In this document: positions 11,456 to 23,092 of the stretch, one piece after another | Layout of the letters: every line of letters begins with the position of its first letter | How positions within the stretch are numbered: position 1 is the stretch's first letter | From: Nitrosopumilaceae archaeon | Lineage (GTDB): Archaea > Thermoproteota > Nitrososphaeria > Nitrososphaerales > Nitrosopumilaceae | DNA length: 45,612 nucleotides | NCBI GenBank assembly: GCA_965200155.1 | Contig: CBDATR010000035.1 | Coordinates: 1-45,612 of the forward strand | Direction of reading: 5' to 3' | Position numbers and translations under genes: made by a program | Notes under the pieces: generated by a model | What the model was told of the DNA's origin: nothing | What the model saw: the letters and a program-made list of their open reading frames with translations, nothing else | Databases searched by the model: none

Positions 11456-12066
11456 ATGAATATACACGCTCCCGGTATGCAGGGGGAAATGTATTGAAAC
11501 ATACTCTTCCGGTGATGCCAATCAGTTACGTTGAGCTTGTGTCACAAGCACATACGGGATTACTCTCATGACATGTGAGATAATCAACGAGGGACTAAGT
11601 CCTGACGAGGTCGCTACAAAGGAACGCCACGGGGAATATAAACAGTCAAGGCCAGAGAGTGACTTGGGGCGGGCCATTCGTCGGTATTATCTGAGCAGAA
11701 CGTCATTCTCTGGAATAATGAAGTCGAATAATTACTACTTTGGGTATGGAGAATAGTATGCCCCCTCAGAACTGGGGCCAGCTCATCCAGTTTGAGAGAG
11801 TGATAAATGAGTCACCGAATGACTCTTTCCTGTTTATCGACCCACCATATCAGGAAAGATTTTACACGCACTCATTTTCCAGGGATAATCACGGTTGCAG
11901 AACGTCCCATACAATAGACGGCTCAAGTTCCTGCCGGCATATGATGAAATACCGGTGGGTAGACTATAAAGAGCAACGATGGAATTATACCATCAATGGA
12001 ATGGATGATAGTTGGTTTCAGTGGAGTCCGGGACAAGGGAAACAAATTATTAATACGGAATTATAA
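11456..12066 (+). pseudogene. Dam/D12-class adenine methyltransferase, fragmented
   Basis: RYAGG-type start, YYLSRTSFSG and FLFIDPPY motifs lie in different frames. Confidence 0.75.
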
Positions 12067-12761
12067 TGTCTGATGAATTTCACATCTTTAGTGGGATAGA
12101 CGAGTACTGTGAGACGTACAACATTTCGCGCGAGCACTTGCTGGATACATTACAAGACCAGAAGGTGTTACCGATTATTCGCGGAAAAATCACCGAATAT
12201 ATAGGAGCCGCCGTCCTGCGTCAGGCGCTTGATTCACGGGAGTGGCTGGTGGAGTTGAACCTGCAACAGGGCGTCTATGATAATATCAGTATCACACACA
12301 GAAGAACCGGGAAACGGTTGAAAGCCGAGACGAAAACCGCCCTACGGGGAAAATTCAGTATGGGAATAAGAAGTGTACCGGCACCACACTTCATAGTCAG
12401 ATGCTACAAGCCCAGGAGTAATTTTCTGAAAGTTCATGATGACAGGTATAAGGTAGGCGACTTTGATGTTTTGTTGACTAATGTTTCGAATTCAATATTC
12501 CGTGGGCATTCACTTGATCGCGGCCTGCCGCTAATCCGGAATGAAACACCCCTGAATTGGCTCAAGACGTTCTATGGCGCCAGTAATGATGATGAGTTGC
12601 GGCGGTACTCTTATGATGACTGGCGCGCCTGCTTACTTAGAACCATATCACTGGAGGATGGAACAATTCCAAGAACACCAAAAGTTCTCATGGTGGGTGA
12701 TGCCAACTGGTTCGGTCTGGGTTCATTACAGGATAACCTCCTTCAACTGAATCATGCATAG
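12066..12761 (+). CDS. putative type II restriction endonuclease
   Basis: Overlaps the MTase stop (TAATG); RGKITEY...D...AETKT resembles a PD-(D/E)XK arrangement. Confidence 0.55.
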   Translation: MSDEFHIFSGIDEYCETYNISREHLLDTLQDQKVLPIIRGKITEYIGAAVLRQALDSREWLVELNLQQGVYDNISITHRRTGKRLKAETKTALRGKFSMGIRSVPAPHFIVRCYKPRSNFLKVHDDRYKVGDFDVLLTNVSNSIFRGHSLDRGLPLIRNETPLNWLKTFYGASNDDELRRYSYDDWRACLLRTISLEDGTIPRTPKVLMVGDANWFGLGSLQDNLLQLNHA

Positions 12762-13066
12762 TGCCGGTTATTATGTTCCCGGACCAGTCTCCTAGCATCA
12801 AATATACTCCATACCCAGAAGGCAAGAGCAGCCACAGACATTACTATGGGAATTATAGTTTCTATAGTCAAAATGAACCCCAACACAGCTCCACCCCATA
12901 GAATAAAATTCCCGAACAGTATGATAATACCCCGTTTTATCATTCCCAGATAGACATGACCAATCCCACACAGTCCGAATATTCCAAGGACAGATGCCAG
13001 AATTAGTGTAACGCCCTCGTCCTTGTGTTCGTGTCGTGGTGGCTCGGCAGCCGGTACCTCACTCAT
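12752..13066 (-). CDS. TM2-like small membrane protein
   Basis: GLCGIGHVYLG..KRGIIIL pattern; hydrophobic helices. Confidence 0.75.
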   Translation of the reverse strand: MSEVPAAEPPRHEHKDEGVTLILASVLGIFGLCGIGHVYLGMIKRGIIILFGNFILWGGAVLGFILTIETIIPIVMSVAALAFWVWSIFDARRLVREHNNRHYA

Positions 13067-13361
13067 TATAATAATGGTTCTAACATTCTATGGTTAAAGG
13101 GTAGACATGAGTCTTCCACATGTGAATTAATGGGAGACATATGACAGGAACCACCATGGCATCGAGGCCGGTGACGGCGGCATTCCATATAACTAAATCA
13201 TCTGATTCCAGGAATCGCTCATGGTGCGGCGGGCTTTGTCTGTTTCCATAGCGCAGATTCCCAAGCAAATTCCTTATCATCCCGCTCTAACAAAGAACGG
13301 ATACCATTCATCGCGATGAATCTATTCTCATGAATTATTCCATGCGGTATGGTGCAAGAGT

Positions 13362-13480
13362 GTATGAGTTCACGTCTTGGAACCGGTTCCAATCTTGTGC
13401 ACAAAAGAACCGGTTACTCTTTAACTGTCGCGATCAGTTATAGAATGACCCGTTCCATTTAGACACAGGTGAACTCATAC
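13362..13480 (+). mobile_element. MITE variant (119 bp) with three internal replacements
   Basis: TIRs plus TSD GCAAGAGT. Confidence 0.93.
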
Positions 13481-13974
13481 GCAAGAGTAGCTATCCCGGT
13501 CTTGAATACCCCCCTATAGAACAGGTTCAGTACTGTCCATCGTTATTCCATGGAACCATAACAGTTCCTGTTAATGGTTCCCAAAATGTGGAGGTATAGC
13601 CGTCATGGATATGACAGTCTGGTTTTTAATATTACAAATTGATACATAATGATAGTATTATATTAATTGCCATACTATGTATATTATACAAAAAGCAGCA
13701 TGGGAATGATTGGGTCATTTGCTCTGATGAGCCCCATGCCTTTGATGAGATGATTGATGTAGAGATAAAGCGAAAGTTTGGCAAGTTCTTTTACTGGAAT
13801 GGGAAGAGAGTGAACCAAGTCATAGTGGACAAGAATATGGGGAAACTACCAGTTGGTTGATGCCAATCTTTGTGTGGGTATGACGTCTTTTGCTCAGCAG
13901 AGTCATGCAATGAATACGCCCTGCACATGGGCCGCTGTGAGAAACATCAGCGGTAACGATCCGGTAAGTTTTAA

Positions 13975-14555
13975 CACTTTTTGTCATTCCTAGCGGTGGT
14001 CCTATTTGGACTGCCTGGGGAATTCGAAAATGTCAGTGATGCCAATGTTATGGACCATTCTTAATGGTATGGGTTTTATTACTGAAACAGTCTGCCTGCT
14101 CCATTCTCATCAAAGGAATAATCGATGGAATGGTATCTGCCGTCCTTATGGAGGCATCCACACTTGTCATCATGCCTAGAATGGGTATGGGACCGGCTGA
14201 TTCCTTGGCGATATCATGGACTAGTAATGGATCATCGCCAACGTCCCTACCCATCATGGCAGGAAAGATTCAGCTCAAATCCTTGAAATAATGGTACTGT
14301 AATCCTCCGGCCTGCTACCCGCCAGTCTATGACCGGAAAGTCATGATATTTCAGGTTCTCGGCATGCAGGCGCCGGGGTTTCCAATGGCATTGAGATAGC
14401 CACCACTACTCAATAGTAGAAAGTTGTGAGCAGGATAACCACTCCTTGGCTTGAGTGTTATGGTTTTTGTTACAACGGTGGCCACCCCGCTTTTGTAATG
14501 GTGTCCCCGCGGCCATCATTATGGGACCTCGTTAGGGAACCGATCGTCACCCATT
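13975..14555 (-). pseudogene. pyrD: dihydroorotate dehydrogenase, heavily frameshifted (boundaries approximate)
   Basis: Fragments read by hand: IMMAAG, VVTKTITLKPRSGYP, YLNAIG/NPGA, GFELNLSC, DVGDDPLLV and AVQIG. Confidence 0.75.
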
Positions 14556-14889
14556 ATTCCCGGTAATGTCCCGGAACACGCGCTGCTATCTGTTTTATGT
14601 ACGCGCAATCCCGGACGGCGCTAGATTGAATGATACGTTCCGGCATCATGTATTCCTGATTATTCTATCGTGATCAATAATAGAATCCTGTAACCTGGTT
14701 ATAGTGAATGCCACAAGAATTGGCATAATTAGGGATTTCCAAAATTATTTACTCAAAAAAAAGCCACTAACACGAGTATGTTGGACAGTATAGGACTGGT
14801 GGCGGCCATCACATACATTCGTCATCGGCCATTATGTCATTGGCGCGATTGCCATTCTGTTTTCTGTGGTTGAATAAGGCGTTCATCCT

Positions 14890-15411
14890 AAGTGGTGTAC
14901 ATGGTTCCCGGCACTATTCGGGATGAACCAACAATGAGTCATTCAGAACATGGATTGTTGTGGGCCACGTTGCGGTGGTCATCTGTCTACTTTACGATTT
15001 TTGAGTGGAATGTGATTCTATTGGCGGCATTGATCGGGAGACTAGTCACACAGCATACCATAATGGCTTGGTGGTCTGCAAGGAAGATGGGAATGATGCC
15101 ATCTGGTGGTGAATAAGTCACTGAATGAATCACGCCCGGATCAAAACAACAACATAGCCGTCCGCGCAAATTGAGTCCATTCTGCAAAAGGGATTGAATC
15201 ATCCCCATATATGGAGCCCACCAATAGAGTAGTAGAACCTGTTCTTCTGGGAATGATTCCCGTATGAGTTCACGTCTTCCGGAATCTTATGCACAAATCA
15301 CATTAACTGTCGCGATCAGTTGTGCGTAAATTTAGACACAGGTGAACTCATACTGATTCCCGGCCAAAGTCCACACCAGTATTACACCAATCTAATCACG
15401 TGAACTCATAC
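14890..15411 (+). mobile_element. decayed IS66 remnant ending in a right end
   Basis: Ends CACGTGAACTCATAC at 15411; 15150-15400 is homologous to the reverse complement of 29048-29185; left boundary approximate. Confidence 0.65.
15262..15353 (+). mobile_element. 92-bp MITE nested in an IS66 remnant
   Basis: TIRs plus TSD TGATTCCC. Confidence 0.97.
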
Positions 15412-15505
15412 TGTAACAGACCGGTGAGGTATATTCCCAGATGTGACATTCCTCACATCTGAGCTCCGTATACCATTGCCCACACATATCCTTGCTTGGA
15501 TATGA

Positions 15506-16237
15506 TCATGTCATGCAGTGCCCACTAGTGCAATAATTCTCATCATCGGTCTCACCAAAATCCATGAAATCGGTTATCAAGCCGCTATCCCGTATACTCG
15601 TTAAAGGTCGTCCATGCATGAGTGGTGTACTGGTATTGGCATTCTTTTCCATTTGTACAGCTTTCTCGAACAAGTCGGGGTATTCTATGGAGAGTTCCCG
15701 GATTTTACTCCTTGACTGGAAGGGACAGTAATAACAGCCCGACTTTATTGGTGCAGGGTAGCCTGACTCAGTTATGATATCAAGGCATCCCTGACGGGTT
15801 ATCTTGTGGTCTATCAACGGGTACTCGACCTTGATGTATCTGGCCATGGAATCATAGCGGGCCCTATGCGCCTCATCATAAGCTATTCCCACTCCCATTA
15901 TTATCGGGTCCCGGAAGACATTCCCAAGGCTTCTCACCCATTTTTTTATGGGCACTATTTTATGATCAGTGGTGCACCATCGTTTCGACATTAGTGGTAT
16001 CATATTTTTTTTCATGCAATGCTGTAATAGCGAGTCCCATCTCCAGTGTTTTGTGGTTACAAATTCTATTCTATTCTCCTTGCAGAACGGCTTTACAACT
16101 TCCTCAATATGTTCATAGGTCTGGGGCATCTCATCACCCGTATCACTGAACAAACAGTAGTCATATCTTTCCGGCCACCTTAGTAATATGGCGAATGTGT
16201 TAACGCCGCCGCCATAGGAGAGAACGGAACGTGCCAT
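15506..16237 (-). CDS. PAPS-reductase/adenine nucleotide alpha-hydrolase family protein (phage/MGE type)
   Basis: SYGGGVNT PP-loop-like motif, DTGDE, WCT and KSGCYYCPF; start placed at MARSVLS, 27 bp after the promoter motif. Confidence 0.8.
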   Translation of the reverse strand: MARSVLSYGGGVNTFAILLRWPERYDYCLFSDTGDEMPQTYEHIEEVVKPFCKENRIEFVTTKHWRWDSLLQHCMKKNMIPLMSKRWCTTDHKIVPIKKWVRSLGNVFRDPIIMGVGIAYDEAHRARYDSMARYIKVEYPLIDHKITRQGCLDIITESGYPAPIKSGCYYCPFQSRSKIRELSIEYPDLFEKAVQMEKNANTSTPLMHGRPLTSIRDSGLITDFMDFGETDDENYCTSGHCMT

Positions 16238-16253
16238 GCATGGCGACGCCACG

Positions 16254-16274
16254 CTTCAATAAAAGGCAGGTCAT
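16254..16274 (-). promoter_or_regulatory. island promoter motif
   Basis: ATGACCTGCCTTTTATTGAAG; TTTTAT starts 27 bp before the ATG at 16237. Confidence 0.6.
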
Positions 16275-17579
16275 GCCTACTTGAAAATAATCCCGACCTT
16301 GTCGTGGAATAGTTCCAGGTATTGTTCCATTACCGAAGCAAGATTATCCCTGGGCCTCCTGTTCAGTTCTCCCGAATGAGGTGGCTGCCGGGTAAGAGTG
16401 ACACCGGGTAATGAAGCCTTCTTGAACGGGCTCTAGATGATGGTTCTATTGAAGCTCGGCCAAAGATACACTTGTCTTCAATCTTTCGTAACTCGTCCAA
16501 TGATGATTCAATGACAGGTTTAAACTCCACTCATTCCAGTAACCATTCCCCCGAATGAATCAGCCATATTCAGAGTCATGGAGGGGTATCATTAATGGTT
16601 CTATAAGATGGCTACATGACTTTTTGAGCAAAAATCCCGGGACATTATGGAATGGTCTAACAAATATTCATCATTCTTGCCCAGAGTGGTCCATATCTCT
16701 CCCGCTGGGCTCAAAGATGTGCATCAGGGCTCATCAATATCGGCTAGCTCTGTTTTAGCAGTGTACTCAGTGACTCGGCGCCGAACATGTAACATGAACT
16801 ACTATCACGTGGTTTGATTATGGAGTAAACATTCTCGCCGACAATCTCGTACTTATTTGTATGGAAACCATCACGATATCACCCAGTCCGGGAAATCCCT
16901 TTGTCTCATGCTCGGTCACTCTAAGTGGTTATTTTGCACCACCCGCCGTATTTCGTTCCTGAACTAATTCCAGAACGTCCTCTTCCGGTACCACTATTAC
17001 CTTATTGTGGAATGAGCCCCGCTTGACGCCGCCGTACTTTGCTATTGTCCTCTGAGAACTGGTATGTCTCTATGGACATTTCTACATCCCCCATCATGCC
17101 TATGAACACAGCCCTCCATTTTGAAGTTCAACATTTCCTAGTTCCCCTCTACAATGCTTGCATCACAATCATGTACGGAATCATGGGAACCGTCCTCGTT
17201 GAGATCCTGGATACTTATGGAATATGTTGGAGACCCGTACATGTATCAGTTCCTATCATACCTACATCATCGTCTGTGATCTTGTATAACTCCCATTCAG
17301 GGGATGTAACCAGAACGATGTAGCCTACATCAGGGAAGCCATTCCCTCGCTCTGTTATTCTTAACTTTGTCATCTTATATACTAGGGTTAATGGGTTATC
17401 ATGTTAATTCATATCAGATATGCAAGGTTTTACCTGAAGGACTGGCGTGTCTTCTAGTCCTTTAATGCCTGTCACTGAGTTACCTAGAACAGTCACATGC
17501 TAAAATTTTCCCATCAACTCGATAATACAAAATGAATCAGCGCATATATCATTAAATATAATGCGAAAGTAGTTCTCTC

Positions 17580-17909
17580 ATGGGCAAGTTTTTGAGTAGA
17601 GCACTGCGTGGTGCTAGTAAGGTACTGGAACGAGGAGTCGAATCCGCGGACAATATAATTGACGGGCCGGTTACCGACAGGATAAAACACGTGACTGATT
17701 CCGGCAAAAATACCGTTAACCGAGTATCCGAGAGCGTGCATCACAAGACTGTGACGGATGCGGCGCCGGAAGTGAACGAGGAGTCGACAGAAGAGAGTCA
17801 TACAGTACAAGAACCACAGAGCCCCCTGTACATGCTCAAGATAAAATTCGTGAACGGGGAGATCACACAAGAAGAATACCAGATGAAGAAAAGAATTCTG
17901 GAAAGCTGA
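17580..17909 (+). CDS. SHOCT-domain protein
   Basis: C-terminal PLYMLKIKFVNGEITQEEYQMKKRILE. Confidence 0.8.
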   Translation: MGKFLSRALRGASKVLERGVESADNIIDGPVTDRIKHVTDSGKNTVNRVSESVHHKTVTDAAPEVNEESTEESHTVQEPQSPLYMLKIKFVNGEITQEEYQMKKRILES

Positions 17910-18062
17910 GCGTTTTTCCACTATGGTTTTTGTTATATCTATGGCTATTCGTCCAGGAATGATAGTATGTCATTATTCCGAACAGGGTAGTACCATTGGT
18001 GTTATCTCCTCAACCGGAACACAGGGGGACAGACTGTGTATAAAGGGATACAATCATGAGAC

Positions 18063-18359
18063 CTACCAGTCGCCGGGAATTTGAATGGTCATGTTTGACT
18101 CTATAACAGCCATGAATGGGACCAGTAACAGTAGTGGTATGAGATGTAGCGGGCTCTTGTGGATTATTTCATTAACATATTGCTCCATTATTGTAGCCTG
18201 GTTGCGGGCTTTTGCTAGTTTTTTCTTCAAGAGGTGAATATACAAGAGTGATACAAAAAATAATGTTATCAGCAAGGGGATCAGTACCGTGGCTATATCA
18301 CTCATGTAGATAGGATTATGGTGTGCGGTACCGTAATCAGTCCAAACATTCCTGTTCAT
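18063..18359 (-). CDS. small hypothetical membrane protein (start uncertain)
   Basis: Hydrophobic stretches; island promoter motif at 18367-18391. Confidence 0.5.
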   Translation of the reverse strand: MNRNVWTDYGTAHHNPIYMSDIATVLIPLLITLFFVSLLYIHLLKKKLAKARNQATIMEQYVNEIIHKSPLHLIPLLLLVPFMAVIESNMTIQIPGDW

Positions 18360-18366
18360 TTGATGA

Positions 18367-18391
18367 ATCATTCCTTAAAAGGAGGGGTCAT
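18367..18391 (-). promoter_or_regulatory. island promoter motif
   Basis: ATGACCCCTCCTTTTAAGGAATGAT. Confidence 0.6.
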
Positions 18392-18703
18392 GGTTCTATC
18401 ACTGCGCCTTGCGTGGCCCGTATACCAATGCATATGGTATAGACGTGAACATAGCGTTATCAGTAATAGTAGTCACCGGTAACACTGATGGAATGGGAAC
18501 GCTTCCGGCAACCATATCAAGTATTTTTGCCGGTCGGTGCCACTATTCTCCAAGGATTTACCATTAGATAGGAAATGTAGGCCGCCATCTCAAAAATGCT
18601 ACACTTCCGGCCTATTCGTCATTATTCTCTCTAATGGTGGTCATGTTGGTGCCTTGGGTAATAGGGTATTTTCCGTCACCAAAGTCCTCGGTTAATGATC
18701 ATG

Positions 18704-19369
18704 TCACCGCATCTCTTTCAAATCATATTGCTCCAGCCTCAGTAGGAAGGGTGCCGCATACTCGCGGGGATTAGACTTGAACACCTGCATTGTATCCTGC
18801 TCTGATGACACTATAATGACACACTGGTTCACCTCTATTCCACTCAAAGTCTTGAGCATCATACAGTATGCGGATGTTTGGAGGTAGTAATCGATAATCC
18901 AGTCCGGCTCCTGCCTTGCCCGTTTCGTTTTATAGTCAATTATACTCAATACACCATCATACTCGGCTATACAGTCGGCCATACCGGCTATACGCATTTC
19001 ATCCGAGTATAGTGGAACTTCTGTTCCGTGAATCATGTCTATTTTGTTTAGTTGTGGCAAGAAATTCTCAAAGTGTGCTCTTGCGAATAACCCATAATCT
19101 TTCTGCTCCTTTCCATTCAAATAATCCTCATTCAGCTGGTGAACCTTTGTTCCCATGTCTGCTGCATAACTCATGATGTAATTAGCGACCTGTTTCCCCA
19201 TACGCTCCCGCCACTGTTCCAGTCCACTCTTATCCTTCGTACTACCTAGAATGGTAGTAACTGACGGGTAAAGTTTACCGGCCGGTGTCCTGTAATGGTG
19301 ATCCTCTGTAAGTGTTGCCCTTGGTATACTCAACGGTACGTGTGTCTTCATTGTGGTATGGGGGTTCAT
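18704..19369 (-). CDS. PD-(D/E)XK exonuclease (phage-type, Cas4/MGME1-like)
   Basis: YPSVTTIL, GTKVH, AGMADCI, IIDYKT and YYLQTSAY; start chosen at MNPHTT. Confidence 0.85.
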   Translation of the reverse strand: MNPHTTMKTHVPLSIPRATLTEDHHYRTPAGKLYPSVTTILGSTKDKSGLEQWRERMGKQVANYIMSYAADMGTKVHQLNEDYLNGKEQKDYGLFARAHFENFLPQLNKIDMIHGTEVPLYSDEMRIAGMADCIAEYDGVLSIIDYKTKRARQEPDWIIDYYLQTSAYCMMLKTLSGIEVNQCVIIVSSEQDTMQVFKSNPREYAAPFLLRLEQYDLKEMR

Positions 19370-19441
19370 GACCAAATAAAAGAGCAGGCCATGTTGTAGC
19401 TGTGCCCAATGATGGATGTGCAAACCGTGAGGTATATTTTC

Positions 19442-19467
19442 ATGACCGCTCCTTTTAAGGGAGTGAT
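19442..19467 (+). promoter_or_regulatory. island promoter motif
   Basis: ATGACCGCTCCTTTTAAGGGAGTGAT; TTTTAA starts 28 bp before the ATG at 19481. Confidence 0.75.
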
Positions 19468-19480
19468 ATTCCGCCGTACC

Positions 19481-19609
19481 ATGTCAAAAACAACAATTGA
19501 TGGTCTCCGGGACACACTGGAAGACTTGGGAAAAGCCGAGGACAAGTACCAGACATTGCGACGGAGAACAGAGGCAATCACAGAAGCAATACACTTGCTA
19601 AAAGAATAG
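19481..19609 (+). CDS. 42-aa helical microprotein
   Basis: MSKTTIDGL...HLLKE, at the expected distance from the promoter motif. Confidence 0.55.
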   Translation: MSKTTIDGLRDTLEDLGKAEDKYQTLRRRTEAITEAIHLLKE

Positions 19610-20465
19610 TAGTTTTTCTATTTTTAATTGACCATGGTTCCATGACCATGCCTTTCTAATGGGACACTGAAAAAATACTTCCCAAGTTGCTCTAGAGTTG
19701 GAGGCATCCAATAATTATCTGACCAAGGCAGGCTGGTGTGAGAATAATGGGTATATGACGGCGCCTACTTTTATGCCCACGATGAGGAGTGGATGCACCT
19801 GTTAAAGTTCCTTAATGAAATGCCCGGTAATAATCCCGGAAACGAGTAGACCCGATTCAAACTTTCAAAATATGTATGTCATGAGAGTCTCGCTTGTGGG
19901 CGAGAAAGTCATAGAATATAAGCAGTCATTCTAACTGAAGGGAAATCGCTGTAATGGACTTGTTACAGTGGCTCGTTAACGAGCATGAGGAGACAAAATT
20001 CGAGACTCTACTGCAAAAGTTCGATATAATCGGCCGGGACCCAGTGGTAATTTATGAGATAGACAAGGGACTGTTTACCCGTCCAACCAGGGGATGGTTA
20101 TCCAAACAGTCCAACCATGAGGCGATAAAGTCGCCCAACAGGGGGCGGCCATTCCAGTCTAACAAGATGGTTCATCATATTCATATCAATAACCTCGGAA
20201 TAACACCAGTTATGACTCCTGCCTTTCTCATAGTTTTCTGTCATATCATAACCTGTCCCATTAGAAAGGGTCGGCGCATATAAAAATTATTTAGACGAAT
20301 CTATCATATATACTACGTCGCATGTGTCACGTACCATCACTTTCGACTCCGGATATCAAGATGCAATCTTCTCTGCATCCTCAATTGCGTAGTCTTTTCT
20401 ATGTAGTCGTTTTCTTTTCCATTAATTTTTGCTGATATCACATATGACATTCCATACAATGGTTA

Positions 20466-20738
20466 TCACTGGAATGATTTCATGGAATGGTTATGCGTTC
20501 TCACCAACCCCGCATAATCTCGCACCACAAGAATGATCACATGGAATAATACGGAAAGGGCGACAACCGACAGAACCACCACATCATGAATGAGAACCAC
20601 CAAGACCATTCCCAGGAATACACATAGCACCAGCAGGAACGGTGAGACATTTATCCCGTGCCAGCGTTCATGAATGATATCAGGCACGATATTCAGCCCC
20701 CATATTATTACCCCAAGCAGAAATACCACTATCATCAT
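20466..20738 (-). CDS. hypothetical membrane protein
   Basis: Three hydrophobic segments. Confidence 0.5.
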   Translation of the reverse strand: MMIVVFLLGVIIWGLNIVPDIIHERWHGINVSPFLLVLCVFLGMVLVVLIHDVVVLSVVALSVLFHVIILVVRDYAGLVRTHNHSMKSFQ

Positions 20739-20847
20739 TTAATATGACCCAGACAGAAAGGCCCATCATCATTATGGCGCAGATTATTAAAACGTCCAGG
20801 GCGCACCTCATGCTATAATGACTATTCCAATGGTATAATAGCAACGC

Positions 20848-20872
20848 ATGACCCACTTTTTAAGGGAGTGAT
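20848..20872 (+). promoter_or_regulatory. island promoter motif upstream of thyX
   Basis: ATGACCCACTTTTTAAGGGAGTGAT; TTTTAA starts 32 bp before the ATG at 20890. Confidence 0.75.
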
Positions 20873-20889
20873 AAAGACATGATTCCGGC

Positions 20890-22485
20890 ATGGCCGAGTC
20901 ATTTACCAACTCAGAAAAATCATCACTGGAACGACACTTCTCCAATACTGACAAGAATGTATTCGTTATTACAACCCCAAACCAGGTAGACAGGGGCGCC
21001 CTCATGAGCCGCTATTCCAGGAGTCCCAAAAGCATGCGACGAATATTCTTGGACGAGTTCCTGAACCAACCTGATCGGGGGGCTAAATTCTATGACAAGG
21101 TACTAGCAGAATATGGTGATGACTCTGTGGCGGAATTGGGGCAGGTCCAGATAGCCATAGAAGGAGTATCAAATGTTGCTATACAAACCATAGAGGACAG
21201 GCGCATAGGTTTGTCATTCCTGGAAAAGTCAAGCCGTTACGTCTCCTGGGAATCAAAGCCCTACAAGTACTATTTCGGGAAGGACATGGAGTCATCGCCG
21301 TTCGCGGATGCATACAGGGAATCATGTGAGATGTCATTTGACACTTATGTAAAGTCGTTAAAGATAATGATACCATACCTGTATGAGATTCATAAGATAG
21401 AGTCATACTCGTTCCATGATTCGAATAGTGATGCTGATGCACCATTCTCAAAACTGCGTGATTCAAGTGATATAGCGCGGGCTAATAGAATATACCGGAG
21501 AACGATAAAGGCCAAGGCACTGGATACTGTTCGGGGGTTGCTTCCCGCGTCTACATTAACGAATGTTGGAATAGCCGGGAACGGGCGAGCATTCGAATAT
21601 TTGGTCTCAGTCATGAAATCATCAAGGTTGCCGGAAATTCAGGAACTTGGCGACTCCATATTACATTCCATAAGAAAAGTGATGGGCCCGTTCATGAAGC
21701 GTGCCGATGACAAGTATGGAAATGAGCTGCAACAATACCTGAATACCATAAAAACGTGGAAGCCGCCTGTAATGAAACGCGAAGCACCATGGGAACCTAT
21801 CAATCTCATTCAGTGCGAGAATGAAACCGACTCACTAGATAATATAATGGCCGGACTATTCCACGAGAACGGGAACCGTTCTTTCTCGACTACTCTACAT
21901 AATGTCAAGAGAATGTCATTGAATGAAAAGAAGAACATACTAGAACACTTCATTAGTATAAGGCAGAACAGGCGACACCGCCTGCCTAGGGCCTTTGAGT
22001 TAGTATCATACACATTCGAGATTATCAGTAATTTTGGCGTGTTCCGGGACATACACCGTCATAGAACGTTAACCATGCAAAGGCAGGATTTGAGTACCAA
22101 CTATGGCTTTACAATGCCTGCACTGATTGAGAAGGCCGGACTGAATAAAGAGTGGTTAGAGTGTATGCGACATACCAGAACCACCTATCAGGATATGGTA
22201 GGAATAATACCTGAGCAGGCCCAGTACGTGGTGAATTTCGCTCATAACTACCCATATATGATGAAAGTGAACTTGCGGGAGTTATGCCACATGATAGAAT
22301 TGAGAACCATCCCACAGGGCCACCCGGACTACCGTCACATCATGCAGAACATGTACGAGCAGGTTCAGGAACGGCACCCATTATTATCGAGAATGATAAA
22401 ATTTGTCAACATGTCTGATAATGACTTGAACCGGCTAGAGTCCGAGAAGAGAACGAATGAGAAAATACAAAATATCACCATGTAG
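20890..22485 (+). CDS. thyX: FAD-dependent thymidylate synthase, long two-domain thaumarchaeal type
   Basis: [34 protein letters not shown] and [13 protein letters not shown]. Confidence 0.93.
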   Translation: MAESFTNSEKSSLERHFSNTDKNVFVITTPNQVDRGALMSRYSRSPKSMRRIFLDEFLNQPDRGAKFYDKVLAEYGDDSVAELGQVQIAIEGVSNVAIQTIEDRRIGLSFLEKSSRYVSWESKPYKYYFGKDMESSPFADAYRESCEMSFDTYVKSLKIMIPYLYEIHKIESYSFHDSNSDADAPFSKLRDSSDIARANRIYRRTIKAKALDTVRGLLPASTLTNVGIAGNGRAFEYLVSVMKSSRLPEIQELGDSILHSIRKVMGPFMKRADDKYGNELQQYLNTIKTWKPPVMKREAPWEPINLIQCENETDSLDNIMAGLFHENGNRSFSTTLHNVKRMSLNEKKNILEHFISIRQNRRHRLPRAFELVSYTFEIISNFGVFRDIHRHRTLTMQRQDLSTNYGFTMPALIEKAGLNKEWLECMRHTRTTYQDMVGIIPEQAQYVVNFAHNYPYMMKVNLRELCHMIELRTIPQGHPDYRHIMQNMYEQVQERHPLLSRMIKFVNMSDNDLNRLESEKRTNEKIQNITM

Positions 22486-23092
22486 CGTTCTCCTGTGGGA
22501 GTACAGTGGCCATTTTTTAGTTGTGTACACAAGGTAATTTCCAGGCGCCAAATCACCGGCATCATTTAGTGCACCTGCCCCATTTCTTTTCATGCTCTCG
22601 GCCACTCCATGAATGACTGATTTTATATCGATGTTAGAGCTGTGCCTCTAGCATTAACAGACCCAGTAACCAGGCGGCATCATACGATGAATACACGAAT
22701 GTTGCATCAGCGAGGAGTAATTTCAGGCGGTAGTCATCCTGCGACACGTCAGGTAGCTCTGTTAGACTCCCATGTACAACAGGCCATGTAGACAAGGTTT
22801 CATGTAGAGTTTGATAATACCATACCAATAATTCAGGTGGTGAGGGGTTATTTCTCACTGGGAATGATTCATGGGTATACCGCCGAGGGCTTTGTGTCCA
22901 ATCCTGGAATAACCGATGGAATAGTGAGAGAGTTCGTTGATAGCAGGATGTAACCTCGGCAGTGAACTAGGACTGATCAGGAATTAATCTGATACCATCA
23001 TAGAGTGATAGCTAGAAACTATTCCTGACGCCCTCTACAAGGGGACTGCTATTCCAGTCTTACAAGTAATCATGGCATGATCAACGGTATTA

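Noticed and set aside
15506-16237. dndC phosphorothioation cluster
   Set aside because: The protein is much shorter than DndC and no other dnd or ssp genes are nearby.
18704-19369. cas4 of a CRISPR-Cas system
   Set aside because: It lacks the Fe-S cysteine pattern and any cas neighbours; a phage-type exonuclease fits better.
23043-23059. GGACTGCTATTCCAGTC shared with about 40317
   Set aside because: Only two short copies with no consistent context.
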